Shown: positions 37,945 through 48,495 of the stretch, piece by piece
How positions within the stretch are numbered: the first letter of the stretch is position 1
Layout of the letters: the number at the start of each line of letters is the position of its first letter
Source of the DNA: an uncultured Acidobacteriota bacterium
Lineage (GTDB): Bacteria > Acidobacteriota > Thermoanaerobaculia > Multivoradales > JAHEKO01
Assembly (NCBI GenBank): GCA_963713825.1
Contig: CAVQNG010000025.1
Span: forward strand, 288,001 to 352,000
DNA: 64,000 nucleotides
Reading direction: 5' to 3'
Position numbers and translations under genes: made by a program
The notes under the pieces: generated by a model
What the model saw: only the letters and a program-made list of their open reading frames with translations
Database searches by the model: none
What the model was told of the DNA's origin: nothing

Positions 37945-39642
37945 ATGAGAAGGTACCTGAGAATCGCCGTTGTCGGCCTGCTGTTGGCAGGCCCAGCGGG
38001 CGCCTTGGTTTGGACAGAGAGTGGGGATGCACCCAGCTATCCTGATGGCGCAGCCCAACGGACGTTCGGCGACCGACTCATCCAGACAATCGACGGCGAG
38101 CTCGACCAGACGGCCGGTGACGAGCGGGATGCCTTCTGCATCCGGATCGTCGACCCGATCGCCTTCCTGGCGACGACTCATCCGATTCTCCATCCGGATG
38201 CCAGCGGTAACTTCGATACCCGTCTCTTTCTTTTCACCGCTGATGGTATTCCGGTGCTCGGTAATGACAACGCCTTCAATGGTGGATTCGGACTCTCAGT
38301 CCTAAGGGTTGACGCCACCGATGGCTCGGGGTTCTTGTTGGGAACACCTGGAGAGTACGTTCTCGTAGTGGCCGGAGGACCCGACGATCCGCGAGACGAT
38401 GATGATCTCCCTCTATTCAGGATCGAAGACGACCCGCTGGCCGTCCATGCAGCGGACCCGCTCGCAGGCTCCTTCAGCGACTGGAGCCTTGGCGCAGTGG
38501 GCAGCGAGTCCGGTTCCTATTCTGTAGGTCTGGATGGCGTGGAGACCTGCGGAGTCGTCGATCTGACTCTAGCGACCATCGAGAGCGATCAGGCCTGTAT
38601 CACCGACGGCCTCGGCGGTTTCTCAGGGTGCAGTGACGTCAGTGAAGACGACGGGTACAGCTTCAAGCCGGCTTTGGGAGATCTCGATGGGGATGGATCC
38701 TTGGATGCCGTTTTCGCGAGAAGCCTCTTCGAGCCCAACATCGTCTGCCTGGGCGAAGGAAGTGGCGGCTTCACCGGATGTGCCGCGGTAAGTGCGGACG
38801 CCTTTGATACTTCCGGGGTGGACCTTGCGGATCTGGACGGAGACGGCCACCTGGACGCGGTCTTTGCTAACTCTGGGGATCCGAGCCGGGCTTGCCTGGG
38901 TGATGGATCGGGCGGCTTCTCCGCCTGCTCGAATATCAGCCCCTCATCTGGGGATGCGACTGCAGTGGCCGCCGGCGATCTCAACGGCGATGGCGACCAG
39001 GATGTCGTGGTAGCGATCTCTTCGGGGGGCAGTGAGGCCTGCCTGGGTAACGGAGTTGGTGGTTTCAGCAGTTGCGTCAGTGTCGACGTTGACGCCAACT
39101 CCACTTTTCGTATGGCTTTGGGTCAGGTAAACGGTGACGGGCTGCTCGATGTTGTCTTCGCCAACATGAATGAAGCAGATAGAGTCTGTTTCGGGGATGG
39201 AACCGGCAGCTTGGCGAGCTGCACGGACGTCGGTGCAACAGTCGTTTCGAGCCATGGAGTTGCTCTTGGCGACATCAACGGTGACCTCGCTACGGACGCC
39301 GTTTTCGCGGTAGCCGGCGCCGCCAATCGGGTCTGCCTGGGTGATGGGTTGGGAGGCTTCTCATGCGGAGCCATTGGTCCCGATAGCGAGTCGGCTTTCG
39401 ACATAGCGCTGGGTCATGTCGACGAAGATGGCCATCTCGACGCTCTATTTGGCAGGACTCATGGACCCGAACGGATCTGCCTCGGTGACGGTACAGGGGC
39501 CTTTAGCTGCGCCGATGTGAGTGCCGATTCAATGCTGGTTGCAGGGGTGGCGGCAGGAAAATTGGACCTGCGGCTGCAGACGATCTTCTTCGATCACTTC
39601 GAGACCGGCGACAAGAGCGCCTGGTCGGCCGTCGTCGAGTAG
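37945..39642 (+). CDS. Secreted FG-GAP/VCBS beta-propeller protein with N-terminal DVUA0089/PPC-like domain and C-terminal 'IFFDHFETGD-WS' tail
   Basis: Signal peptide; repeats 'GDLDGDGSLDAVF', 'ADLDGDGHLDAVF', 'GDLNGDGDQDVVV' etc. at ~49-aa spacing; RBS GGAGG. Confidence 0.85.
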   Translation: MRRYLRIAVVGLLLAGPAGALVWTESGDAPSYPDGAAQRTFGDRLIQTIDGELDQTAGDERDAFCIRIVDPIAFLATTHPILHPDASGNFDTRLFLFTADGIPVLGNDNAFNGGFGLSVLRVDATDGSGFLLGTPGEYVLVVAGGPDDPRDDDDLPLFRIEDDPLAVHAADPLAGSFSDWSLGAVGSESGSYSVGLDGVETCGVVDLTLATIESDQACITDGLGGFSGCSDVSEDDGYSFKPALGDLDGDGSLDAVFARSLFEPNIVCLGEGSGGFTGCAAVSADAFDTSGVDLADLDGDGHLDAVFANSGDPSRACLGDGSGGFSACSNISPSSGDATAVAAGDLNGDGDQDVVVAISSGGSEACLGNGVGGFSSCVSVDVDANSTFRMALGQVNGDGLLDVVFANMNEADRVCFGDGTGSLASCTDVGATVVSSHGVALGDINGDLATDAVFAVAGAANRVCLGDGLGGFSCGAIGPDSESAFDIALGHVDEDGHLDALFGRTHGPERICLGDGTGAFSCADVSADSMLVAGVAAGKLDLRLQTIFFDHFETGDKSAWSAVVE

Positions 39643-39657
39643 TCGGCCGTTCCGCCT

Positions 39658-40455
39658 CTAGGTCTGACGAGTTTTCGGCTGACAAGCCCTGATCGCGACG
39701 TAGTACCCGGTCAGGTACCGAGTGGGCAGCCATTCTAGATACTCGAAGGCCAGGTAGACTTGGAGCAGGGTATTTCCGAGACGATTGCCCCTCCATCGCG
39801 AAGACAGGGAATCGAGCCATATCGCGAGTGCGCGAGGTGCATGAGCAATGGCTGTCTCGTCACTGATCTCGAGCCCCAGGCTCTCGAGCTGTTGGCGGGT
39901 GTCGCGGCGGCTCCACGTCCATCCCACGAAGTAGGGAACCAACCCCAGGCGATTCAGAAGGCGATAGGGCAGATGATTGCGGAGCCAGATGATCGGATTC
40001 TGGGGATTGTCGAGCGTCAAGAGTAGAACGCCACCGGGAGCCAGCCCCGCGGTCACTTCGGCGAGACCCGAAACCAACTCTCTCTCGGTCTCGAAGTGAT
40101 CGAGCGACGAGCCTGAAAGGATCGAGCTGAGAGTCCCAGGCCTGATCGGACTGCGTCGGAGGTCGCTTACCAGAAGGCGATAGCCGCTCGAGCTCTCGAG
40201 GTTGTTCTTGGCTCCTGCGACCACCGAGATCGAGACATCCATCCCCAGGCCACCCTCGGGGAACTCCGCCATTGGGTGGTGGGGACTGATGGCTTCCTCG
40301 AAGAGATCGGTCTTGAGGCGCCGACCTGGTGGGGCGGCCTCGAACCACCGTCGGGTCAATCGGCAGTAGACCTCCTTCATGTAAGCTCGCCAGACATCCA
40401 GCGTCGGCGAGCTCTGGAAGTCCGCGACAACCTGATCCCAGTTTTCGCTAGCCAT
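39658..40455 (-). CDS. Class I SAM-dependent methyltransferase-like protein
   Basis: Divergent motif I 'LKTDLFEEA', 'GMDVS', 'SDLR', 'SSLDHF', 'LAPGGVLLLT'. Confidence 0.7.
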   Translation of the reverse strand: MASENWDQVVADFQSSPTLDVWRAYMKEVYCRLTRRWFEAAPPGRRLKTDLFEEAISPHHPMAEFPEGGLGMDVSISVVAGAKNNLESSSGYRLLVSDLRRSPIRPGTLSSILSGSSLDHFETERELVSGLAEVTAGLAPGGVLLLTLDNPQNPIIWLRNHLPYRLLNRLGLVPYFVGWTWSRRDTRQQLESLGLEISDETAIAHAPRALAIWLDSLSSRWRGNRLGNTLLQVYLAFEYLEWLPTRYLTGYYVAIRACQPKTRQT

Positions 40456-41107
40456 GCGGATTGAGGGAGCCTCTCTCTTTTCGACCCGGTGAATCGCTGG
40501 CCGATACTCCGAATGGGAATCTCAGTAGTGGGAGGGGGTTCAGGCCCGGAAGCTTCAGAATGGGTGCAGCGTGGAACTGGGCGCCCAGGCGCTTTCGTGC
40601 CGCGACCGAAGGCGTATTGTCTCTGTCCACGAGATTGCAGCAGAACTGGAACCCCTCCTGCTCGAGCTCTGAGTAGACCGCCTCCGTCAGGCTTTGGAAT
40701 ATCTTCCGCCCTCTGAATTCTGGGCGCACGAAGCTGTTGTAGGTGTAACCCCCCTGCGGTGGAAGAGACTGAATCTTCCAGCTCAGGAGGTAGATGTCAT
40801 GGGTATTGAGCCAGGAGTAGCCCGCGATCTCCTCACCCTCGCCGGCGACGAAACACTGGCTGTGTTGGGCAGTTGCGATTCGACAGGACTCCGTCTGGGC
40901 CGGGCCGAAGACGGTACTAAGTCGAGCGAGATCCGATGAGGTCGCCCGCCGGACGATCAGCTCTGAGGGTGACTCGACATGCTGCACTGTGCCGCCGAGC
41001 GTGCGTTCCCCATAGAGCATGTTGTAGAAGCGAACTCCGAACAGAGCGGCAGTTCGGCTGGCCACGCGCACCCATAGTGGCCTGTGATCGCGAACGAGCG
41101 CCGGCAT
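40448..41107 (-). CDS. GNAT family N-acyltransferase
   Basis: 'IAGYSW', 'FVRPEFRGRKI', 'DNTPS'; abuts the BKACE stop codon. Confidence 0.8.
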   Translation of the reverse strand: MPALVRDHRPLWVRVASRTAALFGVRFYNMLYGERTLGGTVQHVESPSELIVRRATSSDLARLSTVFGPAQTESCRIATAQHSQCFVAGEGEEIAGYSWLNTHDIYLLSWKIQSLPPQGGYTYNSFVRPEFRGRKIFQSLTEAVYSELEQEGFQFCCNLVDRDNTPSVAARKRLGAQFHAAPILKLPGLNPLPLLRFPFGVSASDSPGRKERGSLNPHG

Positions 41108-41941
41108 TCAGCGTTCCAAGCCCAGTGTGCTCCGGGTTTCGTTCGGAGTGGAGATCTCCCGACCGTACTCGTCGGCCAGATCGACGATGCGCTGGACCTG
41201 CATCCGGTTGCTGGCCAGGGTCGTTCGGTCCTCATCGAAGTAGATGTTGTCTTCGAGCCCCACGCGCACATGTCCCCCCCGCGCGATCGCCCAGCGGTGG
41301 ACCTGCAATTGGCAGTCCCCGATGCCTGCCAGCGCCCAGGTCGCACCTTCCGGAAGGCTCTCCAACATGAGGTCCAGGGTGGGCTCCGTCGCCTGAGCCG
41401 TGGCGATGTTGCCGAGGAGCAGGTTGAAATAGCCTGGTGACTCGAGAAGACCCTTCTTCATGAGGTACTTGCCGTAGTTGATCATTCCGGCTTCGAACAC
41501 CTCTAACTCGGGACGGATCCCGCGATCCAGCATGCGTTGCGCCAGAGCCTGGATGGTCTCGGGAGAATTGACGCTGGCCGTGCGAGCGAAGTTCATGGAG
41601 CCGAGCGTCAGGCTGGCCATGTCCGGCTTGCTGTCGCCGGGCAGATCGAGCGCCGCCGACCGGTCCTCAACGCGCGGGTGGGTGCGGCCGCTCGTCGTCA
41701 CACACAGAATCAGGTCCGGCCGCTCCTGCCGAATCCTCTGGAGGATCTCTGAGTACACCTCTGGATCGGGAGTGGGCCTGCCCTGATCGTCTCGAGCGTG
41801 AATGTGGACGATGCTCACGCCGAGCACGGCGCAACCGAGGACGTCGTCGACGATTTCATCGACCGAGATTGGCACCAGTGGTGTCATGGCTTTCGTTGGC
41901 ACCATGCCGGTCGGCGTAAAGTTGACGATGAGCTTGTTCAT
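41108..41941 (-). CDS. Beta-keto acid cleavage enzyme (BKACE/DUF849, Kce-like)
   Basis: 'FTPTGM', 'IVHIHARD' (HxH), 'TTSG', 'PDMASLTLGSMNF', 'PELEVFE', 'HVRVGLEDN'. Confidence 0.92.
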   Translation of the reverse strand: MNKLIVNFTPTGMVPTKAMTPLVPISVDEIVDDVLGCAVLGVSIVHIHARDDQGRPTPDPEVYSEILQRIRQERPDLILCVTTSGRTHPRVEDRSAALDLPGDSKPDMASLTLGSMNFARTASVNSPETIQALAQRMLDRGIRPELEVFEAGMINYGKYLMKKGLLESPGYFNLLLGNIATAQATEPTLDLMLESLPEGATWALAGIGDCQLQVHRWAIARGGHVRVGLEDNIYFDEDRTTLASNRMQVQRIVDLADEYGREISTPNETRSTLGLER

Positions 41942-42127
41942 GGTTCGAAGTCTTTCCGCTCTGGATTGGGCCTCGTCATACCGCAGTCCGTGGTCACCGA
42001 TGTCGTCTCAATCTTATGGGATTCTCTCTCGGGTGGAGCATAATTGGCAGTCTCCATTGAGACGGGTGCGGCGCCCGATCCGGGGCGCCATTCGAAGCGT
42101 CGGCAGCCGGCCGTTCGAGGAATCGGT

Positions 42128-43810
42128 GTGAAGCAACAGGCAGAAATCCTCCACCGGGTTGTCAGGGACCTTGGCAGCATTCCTGTAGGGAGGCTGCTAG
42201 CCCTGCCGGTGAGACTGCCAAGGGCTCTCAGGGCGTTCTTCGCTTCAGCGCTGGATCGGGAGACTGCTCGAGAAGCTATTGGGCAGAGCTTGCTCAGCCG
42301 TGAAGAGCGGTTTCTGGAGATCGCGCGGGATCAGGTCTTCGACAACCCCAAGAGTCCCTATCTCCCGTTGTTTCGCCACGTCGGTTGTGAGCTCAGTGAC
42401 TTGCGAGCAAACGTCGAGCGGCATGGTTTGGAAGTGACGTTGAGCCGCCTGGCCCAAGAGGGTGTCTACCTGTCGGCAGATGAGTTCAAAGGGAAGTGCC
42501 CGGTGGTTCGCGGACAACTCTGCCTCGAAGTATCACCGTCGTCCTTCGAGCCGCGCCGGCCCGCGCTGGGCCTGCCGACGGAGAGTAGCGGCAGCAGCAA
42601 CCGTCCAGTCAGGTCGCTGAGCAGCCTGGCCTGGCTCGGCGCGGAGAGCCCGACTACGGCGCTCTTTCTCGCTGCGCACCGACTCGAGGAGCACGCCCAC
42701 GCCGCAGTGGATGTCATCCTTCCGGGAGGCGCTGGGATGCTCTTTCTCCTCATGGTGGCCAAAGCGGGCATCGCGCCTGAAAAGTGGTTCTGTCGGGCAG
42801 CCCACGCTGGGTGGGCGGAGCAGCTGTACCAGGCCTCGATTGCACGGCAGGTCATTCGCGGAGCCCGGCGCTACGGACCGGGCTTTCCGAATGCCGAATC
42901 GATTGACTATCGTGACTTGCGCCCAGTCGTTCGGTGGGTCGGCCGTCGAGTCGACCAGGGAACCCCTTGTTGTATTCGATGCGTCGCAAGCAACGCCGTG
43001 AAGATCGCCAAGACGGCGCTGGAGATGCGAGAGTCGTTGAGCTCGGTGCTCTTCGTGGTCAGTGGAGAGCCGTTCACCGGCTCCAAGCGTCAGGTGGTGG
43101 AATCGGCCGGCGCTCAGTTCACGGTTCAGTACGGGTACACGCCCGGGGCGGTGCATGTCAGCCGGGGCTGCGCCCAACGCAACGCGACCGACGATATGCA
43201 CGTGGATCAGACGACTCTGGCAGTCGTGGATCACTCTCGAGCCGTTGATGGAGACCCTCTAGGAGTCCGCCCCCTGCTGTTCACGACGCTGCACCCCGCC
43301 GCGGCAATGCTGCAGATCAACGTCGAGAACGGAGACTACGCTGTTCTGGAGCGGCGTCAGTGTGGCTGCGCTTTGGGCGAGGCCGGCCTCGACCTCCACA
43401 TTCATCACGTGCGCAGCTTCGAGAAGTTCACCTGTCAGGGGATGAACTATGCCTTTACGGATCTTTACGAGCTGATGGAAAACCGCCTGCCAGCCAGGTT
43501 CGGGGGCGGTCCAGGAGACTATCAGCTGGTAGAGGAAGGGCAGGATGACGGAGATGTATTGCTCATCCTGCGGGTCGATCCCAGCCTGGGAAACCTCGAC
43601 CATGGCGCCGTCCTTCGGGAGCTCGTAGACGGTTTGTCAGCGAGCTCCAGGACTCAGCGCTTCATGGCCAGGATCTGGCAAGAGGCCGGGATCCTGACGG
43701 TGCGCCGCGAATCACCCAAGATGAGCGAACGGGGTAAGGTGCTTCCTCTTCTTGCGGCTAGCCGCCTGGATAGGAGTGACCCCCGCGCAGCCCTGGTGAG
43801 CGAGCCGTAG
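42128..43810 (+). CDS. Divergent ANL adenylate-forming enzyme (CapK/PaaK/F390-synthetase-like)
   Basis: P-loop-like 'ESSGSSNRP', 'SGEPF', 'QYGYT', 'NVENGDY', 'CGC', C-terminal 'ERGKV'. Start uncertain. Confidence 0.6.
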   Translation: MKQQAEILHRVVRDLGSIPVGRLLALPVRLPRALRAFFASALDRETAREAIGQSLLSREERFLEIARDQVFDNPKSPYLPLFRHVGCELSDLRANVERHGLEVTLSRLAQEGVYLSADEFKGKCPVVRGQLCLEVSPSSFEPRRPALGLPTESSGSSNRPVRSLSSLAWLGAESPTTALFLAAHRLEEHAHAAVDVILPGGAGMLFLLMVAKAGIAPEKWFCRAAHAGWAEQLYQASIARQVIRGARRYGPGFPNAESIDYRDLRPVVRWVGRRVDQGTPCCIRCVASNAVKIAKTALEMRESLSSVLFVVSGEPFTGSKRQVVESAGAQFTVQYGYTPGAVHVSRGCAQRNATDDMHVDQTTLAVVDHSRAVDGDPLGVRPLLFTTLHPAAAMLQINVENGDYAVLERRQCGCALGEAGLDLHIHHVRSFEKFTCQGMNYAFTDLYELMENRLPARFGGGPGDYQLVEEGQDDGDVLLILRVDPSLGNLDHGAVLRELVDGLSASSRTQRFMARIWQEAGILTVRRESPKMSERGKVLPLLAASRLDRSDPRAALVSEP

Positions 43811-43863
43811 GCTCCTCACGGCGGTTGCGAGATGTCGAGCTGAATGACTCGTGTGTAGTTGCT

Positions 43864-45093
43864 TCAGTTCCCGATTTGACCATTCAGGTCGAGGGTAGAG
43901 AACACCAAGTCGAAATTGTCTGCAGCGTTGTCGTTTGCGGCTCGGACCCCCGGACCCTCTTCCCAGATGATGTATGCGAAACCGCCCTCGGGTGCGGCAG
44001 CCACTCTCAGGAAGCCCAAGTTGGCACCCGAAAGGCTCGTTACCCTGCGCTCGCCATCTCCACCATCGAGGTCTGCTAGCCAATCGCCGCTCTCGTAGAC
44101 GTTGAAGCGGCCGCCGAACGAGCCGAAGTAGAGGTTGTCGTTGGCATCTGCAGAAACAACGGGCAGCTTTCGATCACCGGCCTCGACGGCCAGCCCCAGG
44201 TGCTGCCACTGGCTGGGCTCGCCGCTCTTGCGGTAGGCGTCACCCCGTCCGCTGACCGCATACAGCGCGCCGCTCGGCGAGGCGATGCCGCTGGGCTCTT
44301 CGTCGTCGTTGCCGCTGACACCACCGCCGGCCCAGTTCTGCCCCTTGTCTTCAGAGGTGCGGTAGGCGAAGTTGGTGGGCTTGCCGTGCCGATAGACGAC
44401 GTGTACCGAGTCATCGATCGGATTGACGAAAACGGTGCCGTAGACGTGGTCGTTTCTGCCCAGCGGTAGGCCATTGGCGATATCCGGATCCGGCAGTATG
44501 TTCAAGCTGTTGGAGCCTGCCAGTCGGAGCCGGGCACCGAGGTATCCTCCAAAGGATCCTCCCCGTCTGACGATATAGACGTTGTCCTTGCTGTCGATGG
44601 CGAGATCGGTGTCGCGATTCAGATTGTCGCTGAATACCACCCACTGGCTACCGTTCCAGTAGGCATAGCGCCCCGTGCCATTGCCTCTTCCTCCCAGCAC
44701 ATGGGGTCTGTCCTTCGAATCGATGACGATCCGTGGCTTGTTCCTGTAGCTCGCGAACTGATCGATTTTGGTCCACTGCTCATTGGACCAGGTCTCGGAC
44801 TGAGCGTCGAACTGCCGATACCAGAGCTTGCCGTCACGAGCGTAGGCCAGGTGCACGTCGCCCTGCGAGTCGACTGCCAGGGCGGGGTAGGCCCCAGTCG
44901 CCACGACCTTCGACCCGAGACCATCGGGTGGGGGATAGATTGAGGACCAGGAGGTGAGATTCCCTGACTCGAAGTCGTCATCGAGGAGGACCGTCTGGGC
45001 CCTTGCGCTGACGGCAAATCCGAGAGGAATCAGAAGCGACAGGAGAGCCGCCAGGCGACCGATTCCAAGAGTGCGCTGTGGAGTTGGGGACAT
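43864..45093 (-). CDS. Secreted beta-propeller (BNR/Asp-box-like) protein with N-terminal 'LLDDDFESGNLTSWS' peptide
   Basis: Signal peptide ending 'ARA-Q'; blades 'LAVDSQGDVHLAY', 'IVIDSKDRPHV', 'LAIDSKDNVYIV'; Asp-box 'SEDKGQNW'. Confidence 0.7.
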   Translation of the reverse strand: MSPTPQRTLGIGRLAALLSLLIPLGFAVSARAQTVLLDDDFESGNLTSWSSIYPPPDGLGSKVVATGAYPALAVDSQGDVHLAYARDGKLWYRQFDAQSETWSNEQWTKIDQFASYRNKPRIVIDSKDRPHVLGGRGNGTGRYAYWNGSQWVVFSDNLNRDTDLAIDSKDNVYIVRRGGSFGGYLGARLRLAGSNSLNILPDPDIANGLPLGRNDHVYGTVFVNPIDDSVHVVYRHGKPTNFAYRTSEDKGQNWAGGGVSGNDDEEPSGIASPSGALYAVSGRGDAYRKSGEPSQWQHLGLAVEAGDRKLPVVSADANDNLYFGSFGGRFNVYESGDWLADLDGGDGERRVTSLSGANLGFLRVAAAPEGGFAYIIWEEGPGVRAANDNAADNFDLVFSTLDLNGQIGN

Positions 45094-45325
45094 CGACGTG
45101 TCTGGGACCATTGGATACACCTGTGCTCAGTCTGCTGTTCTAGTGTGACTGCTCGATCTGATACGTGGGCCACGACCGGCGTCGAATCACGGTTCGACGG
45201 CCGCTGTCCGGGCGACGAATCTCGTCCCTCCGAACAGCGACGTCGGGCCCATTTGGGGCGCGACTCTAGCAGAATCGCCAGATTCGGCAAATGAAATGCC
45301 CTACAGTCGAACTTGGGGGCCGCAA

Positions 45326-46819
<1,494 letters not shown>

Positions 46820-46892
46820 GTCCTTGTCTCCTGTGGGAGTCGAATGACTCGAAGGTCTCATTGTCGTTTTGGACGGCTCGAAAATCGTTGGT

Positions 46893-47906
46893 TCATGCTC
46901 CGATGGCGGCTGATTCGGGGATCGGCATGGCTTCTCTCATGGGTTGCCGAGCGCTGGCGGCAAACAGAGCCGGGCCGAGCGCGTCGGGATCGGCTGGCAG
47001 CGGATGGACCCGGATCGCCTTGAGCCCCAACTCGTCGAACCACCCTCGGATCTGCTGCTCGGTAAATCCGAGCCAGAGATGTCCCATTTGATGACGGTAC
47101 TCGTCCCGTTGGTGCGGCAGCATATCGACGACGAGGAGTCGCCCGCCTGGTTTGAGGGCCCGCATTGCCTCTTCGATCGCCGATTGAGGATCCGTGACGT
47201 GATGCAGCACCAGCATCAGGATGGCGACATCGAGTTCCCCATTGCCGACCGGTAGCGCTTCCAGGCGGCCGCGGCGAAGCTCGACGTTCGGCATCTCCTG
47301 CAGACGCGACCGTGCGGTATCCAACATCGCCTCCGAATCGTCGACGGCAATCACCCTTTGGACCCAGGGTGCCAGCGTGCAGGAGGTCTGTCCGGTGCCA
47401 CAGCCCAGGTCACCGACGATCCACCGGGCATCCAGCAGACCCACCAGTCCTTCGAGATCGAAGCGCTGCCCGAACAGCTCACTGCGGACGGCCGGCCACC
47501 GATCGGCAGTCGACGCGAAGAACTCCTGGGATCGCGACAGGCGCTGCGCCAGGATACTCGTCAGTCGTTGTCGATCCTGGTCCACTGCCGGGCTGGTCAC
47601 GACCTGTTTTCGCACCAGAGCCCAGAGTTTGCGATCCGGTCCGGCGAGCGCGTTCGTGTTGGCCAGGTAGAGACGGCTGGTGCCTTCCCGTCGTGCGACA
47701 ACCCAGCCACCCTCGTCCAGCGCCTTGAGATGACGACTGACGGACGACTGCGGCATCTGCAAGACTGCGCAGAGCTCCGAGACGGTCAGCTCCTGCCCGT
47801 CCAGTAGCAGCAGGATCCTGCATCGCAGAGGCTCTCTCAAGGTCGACATGCTGTCGAACACAGAGGCCTCTCCTGCGGGCATGGGCGATTGGATCAATCC
47901 GTTCAT
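46893..47906 (-). CDS. ArsR-HTH + SAM-binding methyltransferase fusion regulator (SahR-like)
   Basis: ArsR 'ELTVSELC...[11 protein letters not shown]'; methyltransferase 'DLGCGTG', 'VLHHV', 'LKPGG'; directly upstream of ahcY, the established SahR context. Confidence 0.88.
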   Translation of the reverse strand: MNGLIQSPMPAGEASVFDSMSTLREPLRCRILLLLDGQELTVSELCAVLQMPQSSVSRHLKALDEGGWVVARREGTSRLYLANTNALAGPDRKLWALVRKQVVTSPAVDQDRQRLTSILAQRLSRSQEFFASTADRWPAVRSELFGQRFDLEGLVGLLDARWIVGDLGCGTGQTSCTLAPWVQRVIAVDDSEAMLDTARSRLQEMPNVELRRGRLEALPVGNGELDVAILMLVLHHVTDPQSAIEEAMRALKPGGRLLVVDMLPHQRDEYRHQMGHLWLGFTEQQIRGWFDELGLKAIRVHPLPADPDALGPALFAASARQPMREAMPIPESAAIGA

Positions 47907-47944
47907 CCGGATGAAAGGATAAATGAATTGTTAAGGGCTGTCAA
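47897..47944 (-). promoter_or_regulatory. Sigma70 promoter with overlapping palindromic operator for the SahR-like gene/ahcY
   Basis: Minus strand TTGACA (47944-47939), 17-bp spacer, TATCCT (47921-47916); palindrome ATCC-g-TTCATCCGGATGAA-a-GGAT at 47897-47920. Confidence 0.75.
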
Positions 47945-48006
47945 GGACGAAGCCAACTGCCCACGAGCCCTGCCGAGACGGGCTGGTACTAGAACGCCCG
48001 GAGGGA

Positions 48007-48495
48007 TCAGCGATCGTAGATGAGGAACGAGTAGGGATGGGCGTTTCGATCGTCCGCCGGATGGTCTTCTCGAAAGACCTGCTGCCACGCGGCTTCCTGC
48101 CAGGCAGGAAACAGGGTGTCGCCTTCGCAGTCGGCATGAACGCGGGTGAGGTAGAGGCGATCGGCGGCAGGCAATGCCTGAGCGTAGATCTCAGCTCCAC
48201 CGGCGATGAACGGCTCGTCATCCCCGTGGGCTCGAGCGAGCTCCACAGCCTGTTCGAGAGAGTGAGCCAGTTCGACCCCGGCCGGCAGGTCGGGCTGCCC
48301 GCGGGAAATCACCACCGTGGTGCGTCCCGGTAGGACGGTACCGATGGACTCGAAAGTCTTGCGCCCCATGAGGAGGTGGTGACCCATGGTCAGGGCCTTG
48401 AAGCGCTTCAGATCGGCGGACAGTCGCCAGGGCAGGTCGCCATCGCGGCCAATCACCCCGTTGTCGGCAACCGCGACGATGATCGAGAGCCTCAT
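48007..48495 (-). CDS. folA: Dihydrofolate reductase
   Basis: '[12 protein letters not shown]', 'MGRKTFES', 'LPGR', 'AGGAEIY', 'GDTLFP'. Confidence 0.96.
   Translation of the reverse strand: MRLSIIVAVADNGVIGRDGDLPWRLSADLKRFKALTMGHHLLMGRKTFESIGTVLPGRTTVVISRGQPDLPAGVELAHSLEQAVELARAHGDDEPFIAGGAEIYAQALPAADRLYLTRVHADCEGDTLFPAWQEAAWQQVFREDHPADDRNAHPYSFLIYDR

Noticed and set aside
46820-46892. Possible SAH or SAM riboswitch before ahcY
   Set aside because: Only ~73 bp with no recognisable aptamer; regulation is explained by the SahR-like protein.
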